IMG/VR virus record: IMGVR_UViG_3300023180_006024
Length of the DNA stretch: 64,000 nt
Strand: one strand, 5' to 3'
From: a virus
Part shown: positions 1 to 9,746 of the stretch, in pieces
How positions within the stretch are numbered: the stretch's first letter is position 1
Layout: every line of letters starts with the position of its first letter
Program-made: the position numbers and the translations under genes
Notes under the pieces: model-generated
The model's database searches: none
The model's input: the letters and a program-made list of their open reading frames with translations, nothing else
What the model was told of the DNA's origin: nothing

Positions 1-64
1 CTTTGAAACCCATATCAATGCTTGGAATAAGTTCTTTGAATAAGTCTAGTTCTTTGTTTGCCAC
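1..64 (-). CDS. Partial CDS (N-terminus MANKELDLFKELIPSIDMGFK...), runs off the left edge; function unknown
   Basis: GTG at 64-62 overlaps the end of kdsB; frame is open to position 1; not in the ORF track. Confidence 0.5.
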   Translation of the reverse strand, partial: MANKELDLFKELIPSIDMGFK

Positions 65-711
65 TTTTCTAAATCCTCTGGCGTGTTAATTTCAATACCG
101 TCAAACTCAACTTCTACTACGCCAATCTTTTGTCCGTTTTGTATCCAACGTAGTTGTTCTAGTTTTTCAATATCTTCCTCTGCGTACTTGGTGCTAGTAG
201 TATATACAATCTTTGCTTCTCTGTTATAGCCATACACACCCAAGTGATGATCACCGTATGTGAGACTTGCACGTAAGAACCAATGCGCTCTACCTCTGCT
301 GTGTATCATTTTAACACTGTTTGGATCATTTCGCAAGTTAAAATCCATTGGTGTATATGCAGTTGCTACGTCACTAAACTGTAATGCACCTTCTACAGCA
401 CGTATAATATCTTCTGTGATGTCTGGCATATCGCCTTGTACATTTATATATCTATCATATTGTAACACTTCGTCAATAACTTGCATACAGCGTTCTGTGC
501 CATTTTCTGCCTCACGTGTCATGAGACATCTATTGGCACCCATATAGTTGTAAATGTCTTGATGATCAGTTAGCACATAAGTATCAAGGCCTGTAGCAGC
601 ACACTTGTTGTAAACGTGTTCCACCAATGGCACACCTTTTAGTATTGTCATCATCTTACCAGGAAAACGTGTGCTTGCATATCGTGCAGGTATTAGTATT
701 GCCGTTGTCAT
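46..711 (-). CDS. kdsB: CMP-Kdo synthetase (3-deoxy-manno-octulosonate cytidylyltransferase)
   Basis: IPARYASTRFPGK, NGTER, INVQGD, HLGVYGY, EKLEQLR and INTPEDL motifs of KdsB. Confidence 0.93.
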   Translation of the reverse strand: MTTAILIPARYASTRFPGKMMTILKGVPLVEHVYNKCAATGLDTYVLTDHQDIYNYMGANRCLMTREAENGTERCMQVIDEVLQYDRYINVQGDMPDITEDIIRAVEGALQFSDVATAYTPMDFNLRNDPNSVKMIHSRGRAHWFLRASLTYGDHHLGVYGYNREAKIVYTTSTKYAEEDIEKLEQLRWIQNGQKIGVVEVEFDGIEINTPEDLEKWQTKN

Positions 712-722
712 TTGTTGCCTTT

Positions 723-1373
723 CTATAATCTACCAAATGCCCATTTTCTTTCTTCGCACCACCAACAGTTATCACAATGAGATTCAAATGTTGTTGTTGG
801 TGTAGTACAACTTCTTGTTTTATCAAATAAATCTTCTATGCCTAGAATACGGTATGCGGTTGCAACATCACGTTTATCATGATTTTTCATAGGTGAAAAA
901 TGTTTACCATTTATTACGTGTGAATGTTTTTTGCTCCTATCGTCATCTAATTTGTCGTATTTTTTTGCAAGTTTGTTAAAACTATGATCTTGAGGTTTTG
1001 CAGTTATTGCTGTTATAAATCCTTCAATACCTTCTTGGTAATGTCTACGTTTTTGTTTTTTCATAAAATCAAGTTTTTCAAAACCTGTTCCTGAAAAGTT
1101 ATGTACTAAGTGTTTTCCTAACTTTATCGGATATCTTGCTATTGTATACTGTATTATATTTTTTGAAAATATTTCTTGAAAAGGTGCCTCAGATTCTAAT
1201 ATAGTGAATGGAAAGATTGTTTGATTAATACTATTTTCAAAAATATATTTTGCTGTATAATAAAACAATAACGCAGAATCTGCACCACCACTTATACTAA
1301 ATGCCAAGTTTTTTTTATTTCTTGGATAGTGTTCATTATAAATATCATCTAAAAATAGTACACCTGGTATCAA
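723..1373 (-). CDS. QueC-like PP-loop ATP pyrophosphatase with Zn-binding C-terminus
   Basis: SISGGADS PP-loop; TRSC...HCDNCWWCEER cysteine cluster. Confidence 0.75.
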   Translation of the reverse strand: MIPGVLFLDDIYNEHYPRNKKNLAFSISGGADSALLFYYTAKYIFENSINQTIFPFTILESEAPFQEIFSKNIIQYTIARYPIKLGKHLVHNFSGTGFEKLDFMKKQKRRHYQEGIEGFITAITAKPQDHSFNKLAKKYDKLDDDRSKKHSHVINGKHFSPMKNHDKRDVATAYRILGIEDLFDKTRSCTTPTTTFESHCDNCWWCEERKWAFGRL

Positions 1374-2167
1374 CGAAAACTCCGTACAGTTTGATTGATG
1401 TGATATAGTTGACGCACTGTTTCTGCAAAGTCTTCCAAGCGTAGCATATTAGGCCCATCACTTGGTGCATTATCTGGATCAGGATGTACTTCTAAGAAGA
1501 AGTTATCAACACCCATGCCAGCGGCAGCATTAGCAAGAGCTGGAACATAAGCCCTATTACCACCACTGCTGTCACCTTGGCCTCCTGGCTTCTGGACTGA
1601 GTGTGTGACGTCAAATACCACAGGAACAGGAAAGTTGTCACGCATATACTGGATGCCAGTAAAATCAGTGACCAAAGTATTATATCCAAAACTAGTACCT
1701 CTTTCTGTTATCCAAACTTCTTTTGCACCATAGTGTGCTGTTTTACTTAGTATTCCTTTGACATCCCAAGGTGCTAGGAACTGTCCTTTTTTAACATTTA
1801 TAATACAGCCACTATCACAAGCTGCTTTGATTAGATCAGTTTGTCTGCACAAAAACGCAGGTATTTGCAGCACATCAACACTGCTGGTCATTCTATTCCA
1901 GTCTTTGATTTGATACACTTGTGACACATCATGCACATCAGTTAGTGTTTTTATTTCTAAACTTTTTTTGATTATATCAAAATGTTTTAGTGTATCTTCT
2001 AAACCAATGCCACGTTTGCCTGTTATGCTTGTGCGATTGGCTTTGTCAAAACTTGCTTTAAAGATATATTCAATATCAAATAAATCACATACACGTTTGC
2101 ATTCTTTAGCAATATCAAAACTATGTGATAAACTTTCGTGCTGACACGGTCCGGCAATAATTCTCAT
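1370..2167 (-). CDS. kdsA: Kdo-8-phosphate synthase
   Basis: IAGPC, FKASFDKANRTS, QIPAFLCRQTDL, KKGQFLAP, ERGTSFGY, FDVTHSVQKPGG, SDGPN. Confidence 0.96.
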   Translation of the reverse strand: MRIIAGPCQHESLSHSFDIAKECKRVCDLFDIEYIFKASFDKANRTSITGKRGIGLEDTLKHFDIIKKSLEIKTLTDVHDVSQVYQIKDWNRMTSSVDVLQIPAFLCRQTDLIKAACDSGCIINVKKGQFLAPWDVKGILSKTAHYGAKEVWITERGTSFGYNTLVTDFTGIQYMRDNFPVPVVFDVTHSVQKPGGQGDSSGGNRAYVPALANAAAGMGVDNFFLEVHPDPDNAPSDGPNMLRLEDFAETVRQLYHINQTVRSFR

Positions 2168-2168
2168 G

Positions 2169-2447
2169 TTAGTCTCCGTCTCTTATAATATAATAGAGAT
2201 CCAGTGTTTTGTCAAGTTGTTTCCGCAGTGTAGGATGTGTATCTGCCAATGCAAATAGTTCTCGCCAACTGTCGTATCCTAAATATCCTTGTGCTTTTGC
2301 TACGCCCTCTGCATCTCCACCTATGATCCATCTTCCTGGATAAATGCTTTTTTTAGGCTCATCTCTAAACCGTGCATAAACTACACCTTGAGCTCTCTCA
2401 TATATAAGAGCTTCGCCTGCTAGGTCTTCATTTTTTGGTCTAAGCAT
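2169..2447 (-). CDS. Hypothetical protein (about 92 aa)
   Basis: ATG at 2447 overlaps the end of the upstream gene and is more plausible than 2504. Confidence 0.65.
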   Translation of the reverse strand: MLRPKNEDLAGEALIYERAQGVVYARFRDEPKKSIYPGRWIIGGDAEGVAKAQGYLGYDSWRELFALADTHPTLRKQLDKTLDLYYIIRDGD

Positions 2448-3234
2448 CACGCATTCCGTTAAACACTGTTTTTGTAAACTGTTGATTATCGTTATCAATA
2501 TCACCGATTAAGTTGTATGGTAAATCCAAGTTTTTCAACAGTGTGTTAAAAGCCTTTACATCTTTGGGCAAACACATGCCACTGTATCCACGCAACTGTT
2601 TATTAACATCTAAATACAAATCGTTAGTCTTACCTGTTGTTACATATGCATCTTTTATTTTACTGTAATCACATTCAAACTGCTCTGCAACTTCGTAAAA
2701 AATATTTGCAAAAACAATACGCAATGCAGCATACGTGTTGTTATAATATTTAAGTATTTCAGCTTCTGTAGGTGATAGTTGTTTTGTATTTTTTGGCAAG
2801 TGTCCATGTGCTTCAACAATCTTTTTGTATACATACGGATCGTTTGTGCCCACAGCCAATAGTTCGTGATTGTTAATAAAGTCGTCGGCTGCACAGCGTT
2901 CACGTAAAAACTCTGGAGCAAAACAGATACGCAAATCTGCATATCTTGCAATCATAGATTCTGTAAATCCAACACTAACTGTGCTGCGAATGCAAACAAT
3001 TCCTTTATAATCAAGACTGCTTAAATCGTCAACTACTTGTTCTACAATTTCTGTGTCACAATCATTTTCTAGATTTGGTGTTGGTACACAAACAAAAACT
3101 ATTTCTGTATCTAATACATCTTTGATTTCTGTATCAAACTTAATATCGTGCGTGATAACTTGATGTTGTAGTAACGTAAAACCAGCACTGTTTGCACTGC
3201 CCACAACACCCATTCCTATGATTCCTAGTTTCAT
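2440..3234 (-). CDS. UDP-glucose/GDP-mannose dehydrogenase family protein (lacks C-terminal domain)
   Basis: GMGVVG Rossmann motif, VCVPTP, RSTV, PEFLRE, GYSGMCLPKD catalytic Cys. Confidence 0.9.
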   Translation of the reverse strand: MKLGIIGMGVVGSANSAGFTLLQHQVITHDIKFDTEIKDVLDTEIVFVCVPTPNLENDCDTEIVEQVVDDLSSLDYKGIVCIRSTVSVGFTESMIARYADLRICFAPEFLRERCAADDFINNHELLAVGTNDPYVYKKIVEAHGHLPKNTKQLSPTEAEILKYYNNTYAALRIVFANIFYEVAEQFECDYSKIKDAYVTTGKTNDLYLDVNKQLRGYSGMCLPKDVKAFNTLLKNLDLPYNLIGDIDNDNQQFTKTVFNGMRDA

Positions 3235-4094
3235 AATAAACTTTCCACTGTTTTCTTTAATCCTTCTTCCAAAGGCGTATAATCTGTAAATCCTGTTAGT
3301 GTTTGAACAAGAGTAGTATCAGGACATCTACGAGTAGCACTACCTTTAAGTCCAGGCAAGATTTCTAATCTATCTGGGTTAATGCCCATGTAACCCATTA
3401 TCATTTTTGCAACTACTGAAATACTTATTTCATTGTCGTTACCGACATTTACGGTTTTGTTACTGACATTATTTACAAGCATGTCTGTCATAGTAACAGC
3501 ATCATTTACATAACAAAAACTGCGTGTGTCATTGCCGTTGATATAGTACAATCCGTTTTTGCATCTTTCAATAAACTCGTTTACAAAATGATCAGTTTGT
3601 CCTGGACCGTACACATTAAAGTAACGAATAATCAAATAGTCAAGTCCACTGTTTGCAACTAGATTCTCTCCTAGTGCTTTTGGAATACTGTAACTCCAAC
3701 GAGGATTGGTAATATCGTTGTACATAATAGGCACTGCTTCATCTGTAGGCACATGATAGTATCCGTTGTCAATAGTGCTGTTGAATATTTCACAAGTACT
3801 AGCAAACACAAACTTTGTGTTGGTATTTCTGTAGCGTTCAATAAGATTTACAGTGGGCAATGTGTTGTTGATTAACACATCTGTAGGATGATCGTAAAAC
3901 AACCGTGTGCCATTAGTTGCAGCTAGATGCACTATTACATCAGTATCGGGCATGAGTTTTGTTGTATTTGAATCAGCTAAGTCTTCGCCTCTAATCTTTT
4001 TATCATATGGAACAACATGTCTTTGCTGTTCTTGCAAAAACTTATAGTAATGACTGCCTATAAAACCATGCGATCCTGTAAGTAACATTTTCAT
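3231..4094 (-). CDS. NAD-dependent epimerase/dehydratase (extended SDR)
   Basis: TGSHGFIG, HLAA, YSIPK (YxxxK), RYFNVYGPG, TRSFCYVND. Confidence 0.9.
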   Translation of the reverse strand: MKMLLTGSHGFIGSHYYKFLQEQQRHVVPYDKKIRGEDLADSNTTKLMPDTDVIVHLAATNGTRLFYDHPTDVLINNTLPTVNLIERYRNTNTKFVFASTCEIFNSTIDNGYYHVPTDEAVPIMYNDITNPRWSYSIPKALGENLVANSGLDYLIIRYFNVYGPGQTDHFVNEFIERCKNGLYYINGNDTRSFCYVNDAVTMTDMLVNNVSNKTVNVGNDNEISISVVAKMIMGYMGINPDRLEILPGLKGSATRRCPDTTLVQTLTGFTDYTPLEEGLKKTVESLL

Positions 4095-4834
4095 TTTCTA
4101 TTGTACCATTTCTTTTTTTCAGGGCCTTTGTCGTGTGTAAAATAGTAGTTAAGTGGACAATGATTTAGCGGAGTGTGAGTATCTACATTTTTGTATTTCA
4201 TGCTAGACAGATTGAAAACATATTTTTCAAAATGACTTGCTGCTAACATACACACCTGTCCATCATACCATCTTTGTATTTGTTTTGGCTTACTATTCAT
4301 TGTATAATACATTTCGTATTTGTCAACAAAGTTGTTGTATTCCGGATGCTTTTTGTTGAATACTACATAGCCACTTTCTGCACTATAGCCAGTATCACCT
4401 AAATAACTGTGATCAAATAATCCAACAAGTTTTTCTTTTTTCAAAGTATTGTCAATGATGCTGCCATCAAACTTGTTATGAAATATTATGTCACTGTCTA
4501 TCCAAATCAACCTATCTGCGATAATATGTTTCAGTGCATATAAAAAAGCAAAACCTTTTTTAGCAAACTTTTGTTCTTTACTGTTGTTGGTTTTAGTGCA
4601 AAAGTTTTGCCAATCGGGTTTACAAATATAGTTCCAATCATAAACTTTTATTCTGCTATCAAAGTTTGATTCAACATTTTCTGCAATAACACAAAGTTCA
4701 AAACTTGAATCAGCATATTGATAAAAAGTATCCATCATTCGTTTACCACATAAATCATAATAATCTTGATTCATTGTGGTAACGAATGTGTACTTGCGTT
4801 TCTTGGTGCCTAGTGTTTTATACTTCCGTGCCAA
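4091..4834 (-). CDS. GT-A glycosyltransferase
   Basis: FVTT, WIDSD (DxD), ESG, WYD; paralogous to 9746..10567. Confidence 0.75.
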   Translation of the reverse strand: MARKYKTLGTKKRKYTFVTTMNQDYYDLCGKRMMDTFYQYADSSFELCVIAENVESNFDSRIKVYDWNYICKPDWQNFCTKTNNSKEQKFAKKGFAFLYALKHIIADRLIWIDSDIIFHNKFDGSIIDNTLKKEKLVGLFDHSYLGDTGYSAESGYVVFNKKHPEYNNFVDKYEMYYTMNSKPKQIQRWYDGQVCMLAASHFEKYVFNLSSMKYKNVDTHTPLNHCPLNYYFTHDKGPEKKKWYNRK

Positions 4835-5162
4835 CCGATCGTCTTACAATATCGTTATGATTAAACTCTGCCCAGTATAGTTCAAACGCTACACCATCTT
4901 CAAGTCCTTCAAACTGATGAATAACACCTGGCTTGACTTGTGTAAAATCGCCTGGACCTAAAATAGTTTCATCAACTAAATCATAATCTTTCTGCCAAAC
5001 ACGCACAAGCATTTTACCCGACTCTACAAAGAAGCCATTCCATTTGAACCTATGTTCGTGTTCGCTACATTTATAACCTGCTTTATATTCAATACGATGA
5101 AACTCTAGTACACCGTTAGCGTGGATAAGTTCAGTCTGTCCCCAAATCTTTCCTGCTTTCAT
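4818..5162 (-). CDS. Cupin-domain protein (sugar isomerase-like)
   Basis: CSEHEH...F-VESG and PGVIHQF cupin motifs. Confidence 0.8.
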   Translation of the reverse strand: MKAGKIWGQTELIHANGVLEFHRIEYKAGYKCSEHEHRFKWNGFFVESGKMLVRVWQKDYDLVDETILGPGDFTQVKPGVIHQFEGLEDGVAFELYWAEFNHNDIVRRSVGTEV

Positions 5163-5731
5163 TATTCTTCTCCTTCAAAAAAATCAGCAAACAATCTTAA
5201 GCCTGTTTCCCAACTAATAGGCTTATTACCTATTTGTGGTTTAAAACATATTGTCCATCTACCTGGAGCATCTTCTGGATTGTATGTATCGTGCCAAACA
5301 CCAGTGTTTACTAGTGTAGGTTTATTAGTATTTGCCTCTCCAATTTTTACACAATCTTCAATATTTGCGTACTCAACTAAACCATCATACATACGCTGAT
5401 CGTCTGAAATATGAGGCTGTTCTTTAAAACTTTTAGTTGCATCATACCATCTAATAACACCACCGTCAACTCCGTAGCTAATGTTGATTTTACATAATCT
5501 ATCACCGTCGTGATGAATAGGAATACTTTGACCTGGCGATGTATAAAATGCTTCAACCTCGTCTAATCCAGCACCGCACATTGCGACAAACTCCTCCATT
5601 TGTTCATCGAAATATCCATACTTTTCTGTGATATTTTCTTCATTAAAAGGATGTGAATACGTTACTTCTAGTAGTGCATCAGGTCGTTTTATTTCAAACG
5701 GTAATTTTAAATATCTGTATAGGTTATTCAT
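5162..5731 (-). CDS. Double-stranded beta-helix protein, possible 2OG-Fe(II) oxygenase
   Basis: IHHDG...WHDTYN...RWTICF resembles the HxD...H...R pattern. Confidence 0.5.
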   Translation of the reverse strand: MNNLYRYLKLPFEIKRPDALLEVTYSHPFNEENITEKYGYFDEQMEEFVAMCGAGLDEVEAFYTSPGQSIPIHHDGDRLCKINISYGVDGGVIRWYDATKSFKEQPHISDDQRMYDGLVEYANIEDCVKIGEANTNKPTLVNTGVWHDTYNPEDAPGRWTICFKPQIGNKPISWETGLRLFADFFEGEE

Positions 5732-6234
5732 AGTAGCTTTCCAAAATCAATTATTTCGCTTTGTCTATTTACATCTTTCACAAAAAATGCACACAAACTA
5801 TTTTCTTTTTCTTCTATAGGAATACTTAGTAAATGTCCATTTCGCATTTTAGGAAAAAACCATTTTACATCGTTGTAAAAGTTTGTTATTTCAACTGTGC
5901 CAAACTTAGGATGGGTACTAGTTAAGGGATTAAATAAAAACGCTTCAAATCCTCTTTCGTTTAAACTAGTTAAAGGTAAAACTTCTAAATCACTACCTGC
6001 TTGACTACATCCAACAGCTAAACACCAATCTAACGGCATTGTTATTTCATTACCGTTTATTTCTAAAACTACAGCAGGCGAGTTAAAGGACTCTAAAAAG
6101 ATTAAAGGATTAAAAAAGAAATCTGGTTCTTTAGGATTACTGTTATCTAATATAGAAAATCTTATTTCGTCGTCTATTGTTTCGGGTATTTTATTCAAAG
6201 AAAACGATGTGTTTTCAAGTGTTAATATTCTCAT
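5728..6234 (-). CDS. Hypothetical beta-rich protein directly downstream of uvsW
   Basis: Abuts the uvsW stop; beta-strand-rich composition. Confidence 0.65.
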   Translation of the reverse strand: MRILTLENTSFSLNKIPETIDDEIRFSILDNSNPKEPDFFFNPLIFLESFNSPAVVLEINGNEITMPLDWCLAVGCSQAGSDLEVLPLTSLNERGFEAFLFNPLTSTHPKFGTVEITNFYNDVKWFFPKMRNGHLLSIPIEEKENSLCAFFVKDVNRQSEIIDFGKLL

Positions 6235-7698
6235 TTATTTCCAATCCACTTTTTCTATAGTGAATGGGTACTGCGCCTCTTTGTAAAACTTTTTACGTTG
6301 AGTAAGGTGCCGCTTCGCAAACTTACAAGTGCTTGTAAGATCCCATATTTGCACGAAGTCTTTGTCCTTTGCCTTTCTAACGCCTCTACCTATAGATTGA
6401 ATAACTCTAACAAAACTTTTTCCAGGTTCAATAAGTACAAGGTTAAAAATACGAGGGATATTAATACCAACAGCAGCGACACCATAAGTGGCAATAACCA
6501 CTTGATTATCTGCCGTGTTGATTTCGTCATACGCATCTTTTCTATCCTTTAGTTTTACATCGCCTTTTACGAATGTTGATCCTGGTATAAGTTCTTGTAG
6601 CATCTCGCCTGCACTAATCCTATCTACAAGTATTAGAGTATTGCCTGATTGTTTTACACTGTTTAATAGTTTGCCTATATATTCGATTCTTGCTTGATTT
6701 GTTGTTAAATATTTTAATTCTTCTTGATAGTTTGTATGTGCTACTGTGTCAATAAGTTGCACAATATTAACATGACATGCTGAAAGCACTCCTTTGTCTT
6801 GTAGTTCTTTTGCAGTAATCTCGCCAATGACTGGACCTAAACTTGCGTGTATACTTTCAAACTCAAACTTTTCTTTAGGTACAGTGCCTGTTAGTCCCCA
6901 ACGTATCGGAGCATTACGCAAGTTACGTGTTAACAAGTTTTTAAGAACTTCTGCTTTTGCTTGGTGTACTTCGTCCACAATAACTGTGCTTACACCTTCT
7001 AAAAACTCTGCAAGACTTAAAACTGCTTCGCCATCCTTGTGTCTTTTGTCTAAAATGTTTAAACTTTGCCATGTACAAATAGTATGTGTTTTGTTTAACA
7101 TCTTTCTATCGCCAAAATACACACCTACATCTAGTCCACAGTTAATATAGTCTTCTTCAGTTTGTTCAACTAGACTTTTGTTAGGAACAATAACAAGACT
7201 ACGACCGTACTTTTCACTCATGTGTGACAGTGTAGCAGTTGTAATAGTTTTACCTGCACCTGTTGCAATCTGTTGCAGGCTTTGTGGATTGTTTGCAAAG
7301 TTGTTGATTGCTTCGACTTGATAGTCACGCAGAATGATTTCTTCACCTTCTGCAGGATGTCCTTTAGGCCAGCATACACCTTGGTCAGCCCAATAGCGTT
7401 CTGTTACTGGTGCAAAGCTCAAGTCGATTGGATGACGTCTGTCTTCAATATCAACTATTTGAACATTGTTTTTAGCAAGTACTTCAGTAACAATATCCAA
7501 GTGATTAACATAGCCAGTACCGCCAATACCAAAAAAAGCAACTTTGCCGTCCCACCTGCCAAGTTTATACTGTGGCATATATCGTGCGTATGGCACATCA
7601 AACTTGAGAGCATTTGATAACTTTCGCCGTACATCTACATCTAATCCTTCTAGTTTGATGTTTACTTCATCTTCTATGATAAGTTTACATGTTGCCAT
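6235..7698 (-). CDS. uvsW: UvsW-like SF2 DNA helicase
   Basis: LRDYQ, ATGAGKT, VDEVH, GLTGT, GINIPRI, QSIGRGVR. Confidence 0.92.
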   Translation of the reverse strand: MATCKLIIEDEVNIKLEGLDVDVRRKLSNALKFDVPYARYMPQYKLGRWDGKVAFFGIGGTGYVNHLDIVTEVLAKNNVQIVDIEDRRHPIDLSFAPVTERYWADQGVCWPKGHPAEGEEIILRDYQVEAINNFANNPQSLQQIATGAGKTITTATLSHMSEKYGRSLVIVPNKSLVEQTEEDYINCGLDVGVYFGDRKMLNKTHTICTWQSLNILDKRHKDGEAVLSLAEFLEGVSTVIVDEVHQAKAEVLKNLLTRNLRNAPIRWGLTGTVPKEKFEFESIHASLGPVIGEITAKELQDKGVLSACHVNIVQLIDTVAHTNYQEELKYLTTNQARIEYIGKLLNSVKQSGNTLILVDRISAGEMLQELIPGSTFVKGDVKLKDRKDAYDEINTADNQVVIATYGVAAVGINIPRIFNLVLIEPGKSFVRVIQSIGRGVRKAKDKDFVQIWDLTSTCKFAKRHLTQRKKFYKEAQYPFTIEKVDWK

Positions 7699-8864
7699 CT
7701 AGCATATCTTTCAGTTAGTGGAATCTCTTCGTCATAATATATAAATAGATCACTATTTACTATATACTTTTTTACATGTTTAGTTGTTGGTATACTACTC
7801 AAACTTAACACACACATTGGCATCCACTTTGTTCTCAATAATAACTTTGGTAGTTTATTCTTTTTAATATACACTATTTCAGTGGTGTTGTCAACCCAGT
7901 TGTTTAATCTATTGTCTTTTACAAAGGTATTAATATTTTCAGAATCGTCTTTGTTATCAGTTCTAAACAAAACACTTTGTTTTTCATCACTTATAAAGTA
8001 TTTAAATGCATTATATACATTATATACTTGATTGTATTCTTCGTTATCGTCTATTAAAACTAGTATAGGAAATCTATTAAGATGTAATATAGATTCTGCT
8101 AGATTTTGAATCGTATACTGACTTGGTTTTACTAGACATTTAATATCTTCTCTTGATGCAATAACAGCAGGCAATGATGAACTAATATTATACTCTACAA
8201 AGTCTAATCCGTATCTTCTTTTCCTATCTAGTAAATGTAATCCTGTGTACTCTTTTCCAAGTTCTTTTTCGATCAAACTTTTACTATCGTCTTTGATATT
8301 TGAAAAAAGTTGATTATTATAGCAGGTTTTGTACTCAAATTCGTTTGACAGTACATAACAGATTTGGTTGTAATAATCTAATAGTTCTTGATCTATTTCA
8401 AACGATGTGTCTTTGAACAGTTTTATAACTTGAAAAATCATATCTTCATTTAGTCTATAAAAATGCTCATGCGATCCTTTTCTATGCACATATTCTTTAT
8501 GCTTGAACTGTATGCTGTTTATCTTCATTATATCTTTTTTGCTAAAAGGAAATCTTACTTTAATCCATTTCCAGTCAGATTTTGAAGATTCGTATACCAT
8601 ATTAGAATATACATCTTCTGTATCTACTATTTTAATATATTTAGAACGATCAATAGTACGCAAAGGTTGTTTGGATAAAATATCAGTAGGCATTTCTGGA
8701 AACACACTAGACAGAATGGTTTTGCACAAGTTGTATTGCCTATCTGTAAGTGCTGTTCCTTTTGCACATTGGCGTTCTATGCTTTCTAATATTTGCTTGT
8801 TTTTATCTTCAACACCAATGTCTCTTACATAGTGAGTGAGATATTGTTCTATATATTCAAACAT
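7674..8864 (-). CDS. Hypothetical protein upstream of uvsW
   Basis: 396-aa ORF overlapping both neighbours; no motif recognised. Confidence 0.7.
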   Translation of the reverse strand: MFEYIEQYLTHYVRDIGVEDKNKQILESIERQCAKGTALTDRQYNLCKTILSSVFPEMPTDILSKQPLRTIDRSKYIKIVDTEDVYSNMVYESSKSDWKWIKVRFPFSKKDIMKINSIQFKHKEYVHRKGSHEHFYRLNEDMIFQVIKLFKDTSFEIDQELLDYYNQICYVLSNEFEYKTCYNNQLFSNIKDDSKSLIEKELGKEYTGLHLLDRKRRYGLDFVEYNISSSLPAVIASREDIKCLVKPSQYTIQNLAESILHLNRFPILVLIDDNEEYNQVYNVYNAFKYFISDEKQSVLFRTDNKDDSENINTFVKDNRLNNWVDNTTEIVYIKKNKLPKLLLRTKWMPMCVLSLSSIPTTKHVKKYIVNSDLFIYYDEEIPLTERYARWQHVNLS

Positions 8865-9711
8865 TTATTTGTCCTAAAAGTCTATCTAAAGGTAATCCTG
8901 CTGATATTTCTTCAACCGTATACTCTGTCCAAGCATAATCATTTAACCATTGTTGTCTATCAGGATAAGGAATATTTTGTAACTGTCTTACATTATTCAT
9001 AGCAACTGGATATGCAAGACTGCTTGGTCCTACAAGAGCAGGAACTCCATTTATTACGCTATGTATACCAGGGTTACTGCTATAACTTACAGTAGCGTGT
9101 ATTCTTTCAAAGTTCAAATCGAAATCATCATATGTATTGTCAATATGTCTAGGTTCTTGTCTGATAACATTTTTATATTGATGTTCTATTGCTTCTAATC
9201 TGCAACGAGGGTGCGGACGAAATATAATAGGCAAATCAGAAACAGTTTGGAGTGCCCATATTGTATCCATTACCCATTTGCTCATTCGAGGCATGTCTCT
9301 CCACTGAAGACTCTTTTCGTGTTGTCCGCAGATTAGTAAGTATTCGCCTTGTTTACGCCAGGGTCTTAAAAATAACCCCTGACTTTCAGCTCTACTATTA
9401 TCCATACCAGTAGGACCGAAATAAGCATCACGATTAATTCCATTTAATCCTACCTTCCAAGTTGTGCCACGTTTTATGCCACCTACTTCTAAAACAATCA
9501 CAGGCTTATCGTGTTTTTGACATGCATCCCATACTTCTTTGTTTCTTAACATACGTCCGTGAAATAACACACTCCATATTACATGTACATCAGCATCTTC
9601 TATTCCACCTTTAATAGATGTAAATCCTTTGTTTAAAAGACTTTTTTCAAATGCATCAAATATAGGCTTGCTATTTAAAGCACCGTATTCTCTCCACAAT
9701 CTAAACTTCAT
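8857..9711 (-). CDS. KpsC/KpsS-like (capsule-synthesis family) GT-B glycosyltransferase
   Basis: LICGQ, FRPHP, YSSNPGIHSVINGVP resemble the Q...HP...S.G.EAL..G.P motifs of KpsC/KpsS. Confidence 0.6.
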   Translation of the reverse strand: MKFRLWREYGALNSKPIFDAFEKSLLNKGFTSIKGGIEDADVHVIWSVLFHGRMLRNKEVWDACQKHDKPVIVLEVGGIKRGTTWKVGLNGINRDAYFGPTGMDNSRAESQGLFLRPWRKQGEYLLICGQHEKSLQWRDMPRMSKWVMDTIWALQTVSDLPIIFRPHPRCRLEAIEHQYKNVIRQEPRHIDNTYDDFDLNFERIHATVSYSSNPGIHSVINGVPALVGPSSLAYPVAMNNVRQLQNIPYPDRQQWLNDYAWTEYTVEEISAGLPLDRLLGQINV

Positions 9712-9714
9712 GAG

Positions 9715-9720
9715 TAAATA
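9715..9720 (+). promoter_or_regulatory. Late-type promoter TAAATA for the + strand GT gene
   Basis: TAAATA followed by AGGAA SD and ATG 9746. Confidence 0.55.
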
Positions 9721-9746
9721 ATAACATATTTTAAAAGGAACGTCAA
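9718..9746 (-). promoter_or_regulatory. Sigma70-type promoter TTGACG-N17-TATTAT, 6 nt before ATG 9711 (leaderless)
   Basis: -35 at 9746-9741, -10 at 9723-9718, extended TGn. Confidence 0.6.
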
